Shown here piece after piece: positions 40,121 to 54,600 of a DNA stretch of 64,000 nt (positions are counted from its first letter, which is position 1; each line of letters opens with the position of its first letter). Both the position numbers and the translations under genes were made by a program. Source of the DNA: Raillietiella orientalis (taxonomy: Eukaryota); NCBI GenBank assembly GCA_036172245.1, contig JAYWIR010000020.1, positions 1,116,001 to 1,180,000 on the forward strand, given 5' to 3'. The notes beneath the pieces are model-generated. The model made no database searches and was not told the DNA's origin. It was given only the letters and a program-made list of their open reading frames with translations.

Positions 40121-40929
40121 AGACAGGCATAGCGCTGTTACGAGAGCTTCCTGATATAATACTCCTGATGGGGAAGGCTTTCCATGCTACCGCCGACGTC
40201 GGAAACACGCGTTCTTGTTTTCCTAAAAGGCAGCGGCACGGTGAAGAGTGCGATCCCCACGGAAACGCTCATCGCGCAGCTTTGTCGCCGTCAATCGGTC
40301 GACGAGATCAGCCACCGGCTGCAGCGCATGCAAACGTCACCTCGGGGTTTTTAATCTTACGGGAGTGCGCGCCTAGTCGCACGCAATTGTCGTTTGAATC
40401 TTCCTCTCCAGCTGCATCGCTAGTGAGAAAAGAACGGGAAGCCCGCTGACGCTACTGGAGGCGGCGGCTTCCGGTTCCCATGGAAGGTCAGCGAGAGAAG
40501 TGACCGCCGGGACTCTCGTGAGTTCCCCAGCCTTTCAGGTACCTGGACCGAGCGCAGCCCCGCCGATCGAACAGGAGGATGCTCCGCTTTCGTCGTGGCG
40601 GAGCAGCAGCCAGCCGGTCCTAGTGTCACTTGCAAGTCTCGGGGAAAAGTCAACGTGCACGGGAGACGTGGGAGACTCTTCGGGTGAAATTCAAAGACTT
40701 CTAAAGTTCGGAGAGACGCGTCGCGAACAGCAGTTCTGTGTACTGGCACGGAGCGCTGTTTCACTGGTGACAACTCTGGGAGGGAACATCCTGGCAATGC
40801 GGAAAAGTAAATACCCGCGTTGCGCGAGACAAGGACCTGTGCCTTCCATCCGGGGATGGGGCTGCAGCAATCCAGTTTCCGCTTTGCGAAAATGGTTCTG
40901 TTGACTCCAACTCATGTCTGCCGGAACTA

Positions 40930-40960
40930 ACACACACGCACACGCACACACGCACACACG

Positions 40961-40998
<38 letters not shown>
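40930..40998. repeat. (CA)n microsatellite with CG interruptions
   Basis: Directly visible. Confidence 0.97.
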
Positions 40999-41000
<2 letters not shown>

Positions 41001-43529
41001 GAGGGGAAGGTGGCAGGGGGAAACGCAACTTTCCGAGTTACGCTTCCAAAAGGCGGACGGTACGGGCAGAGCAATGAAAGGGAAGAGGAACCTAGTTTTC
41101 CGTGAACGGGAGTGTGGTCCATTGAACTGCAAGGAGACGCTCGCCCTGTACTCTTTGGAAGTTCCGCGAGCTAAGCCTCCACGTCAGAGCGAGAAGGTCT
41201 TTTTGAATCTGAAACTTTCTTGCACCCACTTGCACGCTTGCCTTCAAACTATTTGACCCTCGGGAAACAGGACGCATTGAATGCACCTTCCAGAAGTTCC
41301 GCGCAGCTTCAGGAGCTCGACGCGACGACGCCCGAAGCAACTTTTGGAAGCTCTTTACGGAAATTCCGCGAGAAAGCCAGGCAAGTCGCAACCACCTGAT
41401 CTGAGGGAAAGGGTTGTCGAGTGCAGGGAAGCTGCTTGCGGAGCCAACGAAATTCGAAAGCCGCGTATTCATTTTTATTTTCTGCTTCGAAGGAACGCTC
41501 GATCTACTGCGGAGACTGCGACGTGGCGTCTCAAGCGTTGGTCCCCGGAAGCAGAACTCGCGAAAATACACCGCGGACTTCCTCCCTGCTGGACCGGCTT
41601 GGAGCTCCCGAAATTTCGAGATTTCTCAACATTTCGCGTCCTCTTTCCAGATCATCAGCTCGAATCCGTGGATATCGGTGTGCGTGGTCCTCCGCATCTC
41701 AGTTCACTCGTTCTTTACAGAGCAAGAAAGATAGCGTTTTAGCCCTGTGGCGTTTCAGCCGTTTTAGCCCAACGGCTGTGAAAATTCTCTTAGTGCGGCA
41801 AGCAGCAAACCAAAACCACACTCTAGAGAACATGCAAAAATGCAAGAGGGAAACAAGAGGACGAAGAAGATAAAGAAAATTGTCCACTTGTTCAAACCCG
41901 GAAGTGCGTTATTCCCGGAAGAGGCGAGCACCGATGGTGCCTGGGCGTTGCTCATTTCCCGGGTCCAAATACAGATGACGCATGCGCATGGAAGACAAGA
42001 AATTGTGCGGTGAGGCGAGGAATTTTCGAAGCAGCGGATGACTTCCCCAGAAGAGCGGAAGACTTCGCCCCTTCTCGGGAGTCCAGAAAGTCCAACGCGA
42101 AATTTGGAGATTGGAAATGCAGCCTTCGTTGAAATGCAAATCTGCTGCTGTTCCTCGAGACGTGGTCTTGTCAGATGCACACTTTCTTGTTTCCTTTACC
42201 GCCTCACAGCTAATCCAAAGAATCAGTAGGAACTTTGCACAGAGGAACTCTCCTGCCCAGATGGAAAACGTCCCTACGGATTGATCCGGAAACTTTTGGA
42301 TACGGAAATGTCTCGCCATTTCGCTCACTAGGTGCGATATCTTGATGGATTTTATATCTTCTGTCTCCAGGTCTTCGACGGTTCTTCTCCTCGTAAAATA
42401 ATGCATCCTGAGCATGATTTGTCAAACTGTCCAATCAAAATAAGGATAATTTCTTAGTCTTCGTTAGAATCCTTCTTAAAACGACATCAATATCTCACTG
42501 TCGTTGTCTGGGATGGAAGTTACAATGGAATAAAAAATGGTTCTCTTGTGTCCTTCATTTCCGCTCATTTTGAATCCCGTAAATGAAAAAAAGGTGCACA
42601 GACACTTTGTTTCTAACAGCGCATCAGACCACATCTGCACGCTGCACGTTTCGGTGAGAGGAATAAGCGAGAGATGGCTTTTTTGCTGAGTTCATGCCCA
42701 ATCCGAAGAAATTCAGAGATCAATGAATGACAATGACGTATAGCATAAAAAGAGGAAGAGGGAAAAAGGAGAAAAAAACCTTTAAAAATCTCTTATATTG
42801 CAGGAGGTGATTCACAGAAAATGCCAGATGTTCTGCATCGATGTGTGGTCCCCAAAGTACGGAGCTTGCGTTTGCAAGAACGCGAGAACCGTTATGGGGT
42901 CTGTCCACGGGTTCTTAATCAAGGGGACCACACGTCATAGCATATCCACCGATGTTTCTTCTCGGATTCAAATCAAGAAAGGCAGTGGCCAGGGTCGCAT
43001 TCGTCCGTCTCCTGAGCCAAGCGTTTCCTGAGCACAGAGTAAATGCTGCTGTGAAGAGCGGTGTTCCACAAAACGAGTGCTTCCGAGGTTGCTTCGTCAT
43101 AACTTAGCTGTGATACGAATCCGACCGGAAGCTGTCTAAAAGAACTTAGCATTGTCCGTTCTGGTCCTTCACACTGCCAAGCACGGAAACAAATTGAGGG
43201 ATGAGAATCGAAAGCAGGAGAGGAAATCTCCAACCGCACCCAAATAAATGGAAGTGTTCTTCCTCACACTTTATCATCATCAAGAATTTTTTGTCACAGT
43301 GTGCTTCAGAAAGCCTGGGAAGCATCCTTTGAATGTGCAAATCAAGAAGCGGCGGATGAGGGAGGAAATGTTTGAATCAATTTTTTTTTTTTACTCATCA
43401 TACCACAGAAGCAAAAATGAGGAGTGTCAGGCATGTCGGGAACAGTGCATACGGGAGAGAGTGGTCGTCATTCTCCCTGCTTTGTCTAGAATCTGCAAAC
43501 GGAAGGTTCGGCTCTCGATGGACGCGCCG

Positions 43530-44600
43530 CCGTAGGGACATTAAAATCACATGGTCTAAAAGCAACCTGGAGTTCAAAGTACCCGCAAAAAGCCCTATAA
43601 CTTGGGTGTTGTTTCGCAAACTGCCTGTTGGTTGCAACGTTGTGCTGTTGAAAGGAAGGCAGCCACCGGTAAAGACTCATCAACTAGAAATGGTGGATCG
43701 TGGTAAGGGAATCCGAAAACAAGAGCTGACTTTGGTGATTCCCTGCTTCTTTCCAGTTCCACGGGAGACATAGAATTTCGAAACGACTCAAGATTGACGA
43801 TTCGACACTGCGAACGGTGAGCCCTTAGTGGCAGCAGCCATCAAATGCGCGCCCTGCCAGCTACACGGAAAAGATGAAAGAAGATTCACCCGCTTGCGCT
43901 CTTGCATCCGGTCGCGGATGACCATAGCTGGCATTTGCGATGAAATCCTGGATACACACAAAGACGACAACGCCCTCGATACGTGCGTTTGACAGCTGCT
44001 TCGGGGTCCAGCATGTGAACCTGCGATCAGGTGGGGAGTAACCCTATGGAGGAGCGACCTACAACTCAGGACGACCTCCTCATGTTTTACCACATAGGAG
44101 TCCTGAGTGGTTCGAGGCGGCATTTAAGACAAAACCTGCATGGCGTTTGGAGACAAGAAAACCCAGCTCTACGTCCTCACCTGCCAGACGCTACACCGAG
44201 ATCGGAAAGCGCTCAAGGCGGCGAGAGGCCTGCAGGCAACGAGGGAACCGGAAATCCTAGTGGGGCTGTTTGAAGGGGATGGCAACGTTCCCAGATACAA
44301 TCCCATGGCCACAACTACCATCTCTCTCTTCATTACGAGATTACGAGCACCGTCATAAGAAGAGCCCAGCTGCGGAAAAGGGAAAGTGCAGCCACAGCAA
44401 CGGACTTTGTGACAGGACTCATAAAAAAGGAAATAGGCATTAGGAACAGTGGAAAAGTTCCTCGCCTAGACGTATCGGTACATGTTGAAATAAATTGACG
44501 AAAACGTCCGAATGCGCGGAAGCCCCAGTATACCCTAATGCAAAACCCTATCTGCAAAGTGATTTATGCACAGTGTAATATGTATTGACAGCAGTGCAGT
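43530..44600 (+). mobile_element. 3' fragment of a decayed non-LTR retrotransposon (C-terminal CCHC/zf-RVT-like region)
   Basis: Frameshifted IRWGVTLWRSDLQLR, LLMFYHIGVL, CMAFGDKKTQLYVLTCQTLH (degenerate CxxC..ET..H...C), PEILVGLF and LHYEITSTVIR parallel the motifs at 23680-24100 in the same order. Confidence 0.55.
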
Positions 44601-46492
44601 AATTTGCGCTTATGCAAAAGCACTGTGTTGCGTGTCGTTTCTCTTATATTATAAGAGAAAAACAAAAAGTTGAGCGGAATTCACACCGCCGCTTGTCGAA
44701 CTGGAGAGAATTGCAGCCTCTGCTGTCGTAGGCAATCATGTCCTCTCCACTTATATGAAGCCATAAAAAATCTCTTTTCCAGCTGGAGACTTCTCCTAAA
44801 GTGAAGCCTGAAGGAGAATTATTCGCGACTCGTTTTCTCTGAAACTAAGGGCTCCTCTGCCTGCAAAGCAGAGGTGTCAAGTGCCGTTCCCATGAAAGTG
44901 ATAGGATGTTTCCTTCAAATGAGGAAGAATTCTTCCGACTAACGCTGGCGCTTTTTTTTTGGATCGGGATGATCCGTTGAAATTTTTACGAAGGACATTC
45001 CTCTGGATCCTGCCGATTTCTGGTAATGCTAGAGCATTTCCGATGACAGAATAATTTCCATGAGCCACTGGTGCCTTCCATTGTGTTTTACGGACACTGT
45101 CTTTTGCTGCGTGCGTTAAACTGACGTGATCATAGATCACAGGTTTCTATTCCGATTCAAAGAATCTCATTTGGTATCAGTGATTCTATAAGAATACTCA
45201 ATGCAGGTGATGATTAAAAATTCTGAAGCATTAGCATGCTTTAGCTTCGTAAAATGTGACAGCGTCTATGAGCAAAATGTCGACTTTTGATTACAGGAAA
45301 CGAGTTTTCTGGAAAGGTTTTCTTACGTGCTTTTTTCCTTTTCTTGAAAGTAAGAAAGAAGCATTCTACTCAAATATTCAGAAACCAATTATTTTCCATA
45401 AATAAGAAAGTAAATGGTTTATTCTTCAATCCAGTGAGATATCGATTTCAACTAGGGAGTAAAAAGGATCTCTTGAATTTACCCCGTATTCCTGCACGGA
45501 TATCAGCAGCCTATTTGCTCCTCAGTTAACTACTTGTTGACAGCGAACGGATTTCCGCAGATGGATCTCACACAGGACTTTTTCTCCAGGCAGTCGATAA
45601 CGGATATTTCTATCCCCAAATATAACTAATTTCGTTAAAACTGATCAAGAAGTTTTTCGTTCTGTATCTGGAGTCAGCTCTCGAACATTGGGCTAAAGAC
45701 CGATTCGTTTCATAAGTCATGGACCCGAAGCTAACCAAACTTTTTAAAGTGAGTTGCATGTGTTTTCGCCTCCTTTTTGTTCCTGGTAGTCAAGGAACCA
45801 GAGTTTGAGTGTTCATCGCATGCACGACTACCTTGGATTTCCATGACTCGTTGATAAGTCGAAAGACACAAATCACTGATGAAACTCAGTGTCCCTCTCT
45901 ACGTCCCTACCACCTCCCATTATCAACCCCAGCATCTGATACCCATAAACCACCCATGCCATTACCGTCACAATACCACGTCATAGAGAACACCAAACGA
46001 TCCTTTCTTATCTTTTTTATCCACGTTTTTTTAGTGTCCCTGTTCTTGTTCTCACGATTCTACCTAGTAACTTGGGAACATTTTGAGCTCAACTTTCAAA
46101 AAATTGGTAACGCTGCGTATCTGGAAATTATTCAGTAGCTTTTTTTTTCTTTTCCGGAAGTGCATTTCGGGTATGCAACCATCCATGTGGCAGCGCAACA
46201 GTCCACATAGTGCACAGCGGCAACTTCTAAACTCCGTGAAAGACCACAAAAACAAAAGAAGCAACGAGCATTGAGAGTGAAAACCCACTTCATCATGCAA
46301 TTAGTGATAAAGGAGATGTCAACCAATACTCGCAACTAACCATTGCATTGTGTAGCCATGAAGCAGCAACTGAACAGTAAGGCCTTTGCAATAGGTATAT
46401 GGAGTTCCGCGTACCTACCAACACGAAAACGGCATGCTTTGCGAAGGAGAGAGTCCGTTTCTGGTAGAAAAAACTTTTCCGGGGAGTTTCTT

Positions 46493-46508
46493 GTGTGTGT
46501 GTGTGTGT
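46493..46508. repeat. (TG)8 microsatellite
   Basis: Directly visible. Confidence 0.85.
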
Positions 46509-49500
46509 TTGTATGTAGAAGCTTTGTCCTGTAAGTTTGAAGACACAACTCGAGAGAATCGTTTGGCAAGATGAATTGTTTGTTTAATTATTCAGCCAAT
46601 AAACCGTTTCTATGGGGTCAGTCGTGCAGCAGCCATACATTTCTTACTCCGTGAAAAGAATGGGCATTCTTCCAGAGAACAACAGAAGCACCATTAATTA
46701 TTGAAAAAGAAAACATCAAGTTTCTCATACTCTTCCGGCAGTGTTTCTGTAATGTTAATAACTTCAGCAATTACAGAAGTCCTTCTCGGGTTCTATTTGC
46801 ATTATGTCCTATAATACGTTTTGTCTGTTCTGAAGATTCGTCGTCATCAGCAGAATTAATGCTTCGGTGGATGATACGTTCGTTAACAAATGCAAGCATT
46901 ATAAAAAATGGATGGCGAGATAACGGTCAGTTAACGACTTCCACGGAACCACAAAGAATTGCCACTCAGTTTCAAAATAACACAAGAGGTAATTCTTTTC
47001 GAAAAGGGAATCGAATATGCTACCGCTCATACGAGCCTCGAGGGCTTCCTTATGCGGCCGATTCCCAAGTCTAGGGACACACAAGGGCTGTGTGGGCTTC
47101 CTGAGCCAGGAAGTTCCCGGAGTCCACCACTCTCCCGGTGGGGAGCTGCAGCCAAATCAATGAAGCACAGTTTCCGCCGGAAAAGAATGGAAGCTGGGGC
47201 GAAATAAATTTGCAGCTTTTACCTTCGTTCCTTTGGAGCTTGACCTCAGCGTAGCTCGGCGATCAAGACGACTAGCCGACAGATTAGTTACCACAGTTAT
47301 CTCCAGAGTGTCCTGAGTAAGGATTCCTGCGGATTCCTCTTTCAAATCATCGTTGCAGGAGTTTTATGTTCTCTTTGGGTGTCGAAATGCACGCACTTCT
47401 GCGGCTAGATGCCAACTGTGCACTCTGAGTCATGAGATCCTCTTTTCCCCGGGATTGTTTTGGCACATCTCTTGGTCACACAAGAATTCGAAGGCACTGC
47501 ATAAAGAATGCATCCTTTTTTCCTTGTTTGTTGCCTCCGTGGAAGGAAAACCCTGCTCTCTCTGAACATTCTGCATCGCAGCCACCACGACGGTCCTCCT
47601 GCTCACCAGCGACCCTGTTTGGAATCTCCACACGGCGCCCACGCTACCACGTGTGGAGCAGTCCGCCGCAGCATCACAAGAGCGCGCGAGGCACCCTGGC
47701 TGCATCAGCCGGAAGGAGGAATGCGCGCGAATGCTCAAAGAGAAAATTTCGATTTTCCCGCAGGAGACAGATAGCAAGGCTGCTGGGGATGCCTCGTGGT
47801 CGGTGCTTCGTGGGAAACGAAAAAGAGGGGAAGAGAAGTCCCTGCCCTATTTTGCAAAATCCACATCAAGCAGTTCCCCGAACCTTGAAGCAACATTTGC
47901 TGGTAGATCTCTCTCCGATATGAATACTAAATGAAGTTGAACGCACACGTTCAAAAGTATGGTCCCTGGCTCCAGGAGAGCGTACAAAGAGTTCCTGAAA
48001 AGCCCTGGAAACAATGAATTGAGGCCAAGGAAATTAGGCATGAAAATCACGAAAATATCCTTGGGTTCTGTGAGTGCTTACGAGTCGTTCCACAACACTT
48101 TCTATGTGAACCAAAGATTTTCCTCCTTAATGAACGAGAAGAAGGGAGTTGATGAAGAGTCCCACCGTTAAAAGTAAGCGTGTGCAGGGATCGGTGCTCC
48201 TCAGAAGGAGAACAAAGGGAAATCTCTTCCGAAACTTCTCGCTGCCTCTCAGCTGTTGCAGATCGTGCGACGGAAGGATCACTCACGCAGAAGACCTCGA
48301 ACGATCCAGCAGCTTTAAATCAGTAAGGTCATCGCATCTTGCAAACAGCAAAGGATGAAGTCGACGGGATACAAAGCAAACAGAAGCACTTCGAGGATCA
48401 AGATCAAGTAAACCGTGCAAACAAAACACTGAAGGCGACGGCGGAGGCATCTTTAGAACAAGCAGCATGAGACGTGTACTTACTGTCGCAACTGCACTTC
48501 TGGACTGATGAAAAATGGAAACGAGCAGACCGAAAGTTGGAAATGAAGCCCAAGATAGTGGCATCAGATGTAAACATGCGACAATGGCCGCCGAAGTCTT
48601 TGCCACCGAAAGAAGCACTTCGATGCGCTTCCAGGGAGGAGCTTCGCATTCAGTTTGTTTCAATCAAGCCACTTGCATTTCGAGGATATCTGAATCGCAT
48701 GTTATCTAATCCACACGATCGGAGACACAGAGGAAGTTGAGCAAAAGAACTCAATTTCTGGCGAAGAGATGATAGCATAAAATGCATGCATGCCAATCGT
48801 AAAGCTCTCAAGAAAACTCTCGGATCGAGGGAAGCAGATAAAATGACGATCGAGTCGGGGGGAATGTAGCACTCCCAGCACACCATCGATGGGCAAATCA
48901 CCAAGAGCAACTCCCTCTCGAGGGCCCGAAAGAGCTTGAAAATTGAACGTAGGTCAATCGGGAAATCAGTGAAACATGTAAAAGAAGAACGGAATCGACG
49001 TGTGTGAGAGGCTGTTCAGTGCAAGAGATTCCACAAAGATCTTTCATTCTTGTAAATTTCGCCGTCACTGGGTGGAGACCTCAGCACCTCACGCACTACC
49101 AGAAAGGTTATAGACGATCCGAGATCGTTTCTTTCATGAGCATCATGCTATGTCATGCAGACAATTGCAGTCATCTAGGACATTAAGATTCAGGTGCTGG
49201 GGGGGGGGGAGCAACTATCAGACATACGTTCGCAGACTTATGTGTGAAATGAGATCAGACCATCGATCTGCGATGGAGGACATCGAGAACTCTTCTATTA
49301 GGAATAAAAAAACAAAAGGCACCATAATCAAATATTTTTGGTTGCTAAAAACACGAAATCCCAGAGTATTCTGAAGACACAGGATTCTAGTTATCCTGCG
49401 TATCCCAACAGTGCATGGGATCCACATATTTCATGATTGCTCAGCGGCCCTCAACGTACAATGGCAGAAATACCAGCATCGAAATGTGAACGTGAAGAGT

Positions 49501-49869
49501 CGCATGGCGACAGAGATAATGAAGTCAAAAATACCCGTTCTGGAGGAGCACAAGCCTAAGGTCCTCTTTTCCAGCGGAAAATTGGGTGTTGGCAGCAAAT
49601 AGACTGCACGGCAGCATCCTGACCGGAAAGCATGCGCATCGCTCTTTCGAAAGCCCTGACATTTCAAAGTCACCTGTCATTCACGTTCTCGAATGGTGGG
49701 ATTTTCACTTTCTGCATGTCTTTAGAAGATTGGGTCCAGCGCGGACGTGCACGATCGTAAACACCGCAACATCGAGGATCGTTGACAAAAGCATCAGTTT
49801 GATAAAACATACAATTTCTTTGCGGAAAAAACAACTTTTGAAAATGGCGCACTGGAAGGTAAGCAAACG

Positions 49870-50025
49870 AACGTAAGGAGTCCAATCTCAAGCAGGCAGC
49901 CTCATGGTAAAACGCTGCATCGATGTGTAAACAGGTGACGTCAACCTGGTTTATGACCGCAGTCTAAAGATCCAGGATTTCCCCGAGAAGTTCAAAATCT
50001 CCGATCGAGCGGGATTCGAATCCCA
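49870..50025 (-). repeat. Putative tRNA-derived SINE-like repeat copy
   Basis: B-box/T-arm-like GGGATTCGAATCCC at 50011-50024. The body is collinear with 32491-32617, including exact ttttaccatgag (49912-49901 vs 32577-32588). Confidence 0.35.
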
Positions 50026-51302
50026 GCGAAGAAATAAATGAAGAAAAAAATTCAGGAGCCAGGTTGAATTAAATTCAGCGCAGATGAAACTCCGACACGT
50101 GGTGATGGTGCTGACAAAAAGTAGGAACGTTATCACTGCTAAAGATCACTCACAGTGCATTCATCAGACGAGTCGAACTAAATTCTTTCCGATCTTCGTT
50201 GCATGCACTCTGAAAGAAGCTCTCATTAAATATAGATCCGAAGCTTGCGCTCAAAAAAAAAAAAAAGAAAAGAAATTAAAAGAAAGCACTCTTGCTGGAA
50301 ACTCTTCAACTGCAGAAAGCTTTTAATTAACACCAGGCTGGAACAGTAAAATCTTTCAGATTGAACTTCGGTGGAACTTGTGCCCCGAAATCACAAAGGG
50401 TTCGCAGAGCGCAGACACGTTTTGAGAGAAAACCGGAAACCCGCATGAGAGGCTGGAGATTCTTTAGAAAGTTTGTCTTAGGAAACGAACGAAATCTGGC
50501 TGGCTGGAGAAGTCCCGAATTTCGAAAACGATCGCATGAGCGTAATTTCATTAGGAATGCATCGATGACGAGACATTATAGAAGGGAAAGACGCAGTCCT
50601 GAGCTAATGATTTTCAAAGGGATTTTACTGCGACGTCGTTAGTGCCTTATTAAAAGCATGGGATTCTGGGTATCTTCACTCCGAGATAAGGACACATTTT
50701 TCCTTATTTCTGTTGAATCGAAACCCTGAAAGCGCGAGAAACTCGAAACAGATTGAGCGCAGTGATGAGGTGAATCTGTTTGTGGATGCCAAGTCCAGGG
50801 AGATGTAAAATCCCTATTCAGCTTCCCACAGCGAAGGAAACCTCTGTCTTTGCTCGCATCTAAGAGAATGGTTCCACAAGATGTACCATCAGTGCATGGT
50901 ACGCGGCGATTGCTGCTTTTCTACTATCTCGCTTATGGAAAGCGTTCAGCCCCTGAATCCTGAAGTTCAAGTCTGGTCGACGGAATCTGTGAATACGCGA
51001 CAAAACTTCATCTTTAGCACCGTTCCATAAAGCATTTAAATTATACAGCTCGCCTGTTTCGAATGTATGTTTTGTGCTGCCCTTCGTGTTGGACTGAATG
51101 TCCAGATGTTTCGTAACACTGAAATAAATCTCTTTCCGTTGCATGGATGCAAGGGTCATACTGAGATCTCGTTTTCGAAATAGAAATTTCAGAGACCTTC
51201 TTAACGTGCAAGTTTTGGAAGTTTGGAAGATTTAATAACGTGCAGATTTGGATATCAAACCTGCATTAGTAGTCAAAAGAGCTGCGTTTCTTTTTTTTGA
51301 AA

Positions 51303-51346
51303 AAATTTAATCTCCTTTTTTTTGAGAAAAAAAGGAGATTAAATTT
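51303..51346. repeat. Perfect inverted repeat, 20-bp stem, 4-nt loop
   Basis: aaatttaatctccttttttt-tgag-aaaaaaaggagattaaattt. Confidence 0.95.
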
Positions 51347-51661
51347 CCTGGAGCCGAAAAATTACAGAAGGTTTTCACAGTCCGCAAGACGAACTGATTA
51401 ATCGAATTTAGATAGACTTTGATTTCTAATGTTTTTTATTTCCCTAATTTCGTATTATTTTTCCTTGAAAATTTCCAAAGTTTCCAAACGTATGGTACTG
51501 AACCCACACACAGCAGACCAAAGAAATTAAATTCCTTTGAAGGACCCTTCCTCAAGGATACATAGCAGGGAATTGAAAAAAATCTCGAACTGCGCATTTT
51601 CAATTACGGGAACAGTTTGATTCCAATTTGATCTCAAGACGGGAAAAACTCCTTTGGATTG

Positions 51662-51682
51662 AACAACAACAACAACAACAAC
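51662..51682. repeat. (AAC)7 microsatellite
   Basis: Directly visible. Confidence 0.92.
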
Positions 51683-54600
51683 AAAAATCGGCATTATTCT
51701 GACGGAAGGGGCACTTTGCAGATTTGAAGTAAAATTAGAATAAAGCCGCATTTCAGATCAAATGAGTGAGAAACGCTTGCAAAGGTCTTCGTGAAGTTCT
51801 CATGAGACTGGGATACAACAGGAACATCACAATCTTAGAACCCTTCCATACGAGGCATCGGAGACTGACGTGCATATCAGGAGCCTGCCTGTATGTAAGG
51901 GGCATTTTAGGTCACCATCTAATCTCTTACAAATTTGCATCGAAACGGCTTTAGAAAATAATTTCACGGAGAAGCAAGACTCGTATTTAAGTTGCTTTTA
52001 TCCTTTTATAACTTTAGGAGTGAAAATTCCTGCTAAAGGTTCCCGAAGTCATCGTAGAAGTCACGAAATCTTTCCACACGATGATGCAACTCTCACATCA
52101 CCTTGGACATCGAAAGGAATAAAATTGGAAGCTCATTTTTAAAATTGAAGTTACTGCTTTGAAGAGAAACAAATAGGAGAAACGCATATCTCTAGAAAAC
52201 ATGATGACTGAGCGTTGCTTTATATTCTGTTCTCAGAATGGTTCTAAGGAACTTCGGAATCCAAGGATTTCCTTTGAACGGAGTTTAGGAATGGAGTCGG
52301 AAAAATTTTTTATGCAGTCTTCTGCATAACTTGAAAAAATGGCACGACAGTTTTCATAAAAGTCAACTGAAGATGGTATTTGAATGTCATTCCTGATCAT
52401 TTAAACTGTGAGGGGTTGGACAGAGCAGTCAAGATGGAATGGATCATCACAATGCTCCCAAGCCCTCCAAACTCCGTTACCCTCACTGTGGAACCTGCGA
52501 ATATTTGCAATTAATTGTGCTGAAGCTCCGGAATAAGCAATCGCCTACCACTGAGCATAGGGAGAACTAGGTACTAAGCAATTATACAAGACGGAAGAAA
52601 GAGATCTTGGATGAACGTGAAGATCAGCATATTGGAAACTGGATGCTTGTATCCAGTTCCTAAGGGTGGTCTGCAGAGAAAACCACAAAGTATGTTCGGA
52701 TTTTCATGAACACCACCAGGAGTCACTTTGTCAGAAAAACACATGCCCAAGCGATTTCTGATTCTCTAATCAGGAAAAGGAAGACACTTCTTTTTGAGAT
52801 CAAAATTCCGAAGTGAAGAAATTATAAAGTGCTTTTCCCCAGGTTTAGGAGCAAACTTTGTTGATGAGTTGACCACTCAAAGAAACCATATGGCATTCCT
52901 TGTGAACGGGATCTGATTCATTCACTTCCTGGTTCTCCTGAGGTTTTTAAAGGATCTTAGGTTCCGCTTTCAGTGACTGGGATACCTCATGCTCTTCGAT
53001 GTCCGAAGCAGTCATCCTCGAATGGGGTTAGCAGAGGAAAGCTGTTAGAAAGCAATAGGCGGAGGCAGATGTGTACTCGAGGAGGAAACTTTACCCGAAA
53101 GCGCTGAAACAAAGCAGCGACCAAACTGCAGACACCGATTCCATGTTCCAATGACACACGAAAGCAACGAATGAGGAGCTGTGACCAAGGAGCGCAGCCA
53201 GCCCTTTGAAGAAACCTGAACCTGGTTACTCGTGGGGGACCGATCACGATAGAGATGATGCACTGAGCTGCATTATCTTGTGTTGCATCTCTTCTAAAAG
53301 AAACACACTAGAATCCTTTTCAGTCCCGCTTTGAACTTTGCTTAGTTCCAGACGAGATAACCTTGGGCGAACGAACTGCAGATCAGAAATAGGACGACCT
53401 TAAAAGCTTAGTGATCAGAAAGATGAAGCCGCAACCCTTTTGGCTCCTTGCTTAGCACACTCAGGTTTGTACGTGATGATTCATTTGTTGCGTCCTGAGA
53501 GTCGATGGATGAAAAAGTGAGTGCTACAAGAATAATCAGTGGACCGTATGCACCAATGGGGTGGACGCCGTTTGACAAATTTACTGCTGCCTCCCAAAAT
53601 TCCATGACATTAGAAAGTCTCTTCGAAAATCTCTTGACCAGAGCTCGAGCAACTACCCAGTGTCTTTGCTCTTCTGATTTCCACCGCTGGGAAACTGTCA
53701 AGGACATTCTTCCTTATGATCCTCGAGAGCTGAGAATTACTCAACTCTAAAGAATGCTCACGGTTTGAAGAGAAAGAGCTAACATGGAGACAAAGCCTTT
53801 TTACATCCTGATTCAATTTACTATTATAATATACGATCAAACGCATGTGCTTTCAGATGACAGCCTAAAGAATCTTCCTCCTTGAGTGCAGCTTTAACTT
53901 CGACACTCTATGTCGTGCACTCCTGGTTCCCACGAAGCTGCAGGAACACTATCCGACCTGATACTCGAGGGTTCTTCCCTGCCTTTCATCATGCTAACCT
54001 CCATTTGCTCCATTTTGAAATTGAGTTTCTGATGGCAAGTTCGTGAAGATTCAAACCTCTTCCAACACATTTAAAGACCACTCCTAATAAGAAAATTCAT
54101 ACTGCGATCGTTTAAAAGGAATCACATGATGAGATTTTATAAGCGAATTGGATTTCCAATTGAAAGTTCCTCCGAATGATTTGTTTTACAAGGAAATCGC
54201 AAGTATTACAAAAGATTACGTGTTCTTGATACTTTTTCGTTTGTGTTTGGGGATATGCACGTGCTTTAAAATGATTTTTATTCATATTGCAATACTGTTG
54301 ATTGGCATTATTAAAACAGTGGGATTATTATTTGATCACCTATGAACCCGTGAGATTCGTTGCGAATCCAATCGAAAGGCTCAAGGTACAGAGATTACTT
54401 AATCTTCTGAGAAGAGCATCGGTAAAAATCTCAATTCCCAGCATTCGCGCTGAACCGACGACTGCTCTTCCACCTGAAATAGGACGCTGGGTTTGAAGGA
54501 GACACACCTGTTAAAAGTTAACGGAACCGGTAGGCCGGGGATGCATTGCAATGCACGAGGGAAACATTCCTTGTAGTCAGGTCGCCCATACTACGCTGCA

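Noticed and set aside
50005..50030. tRNA gene
   Set aside because: Only a T-arm/B-box-like palindrome; no cloverleaf or A box.
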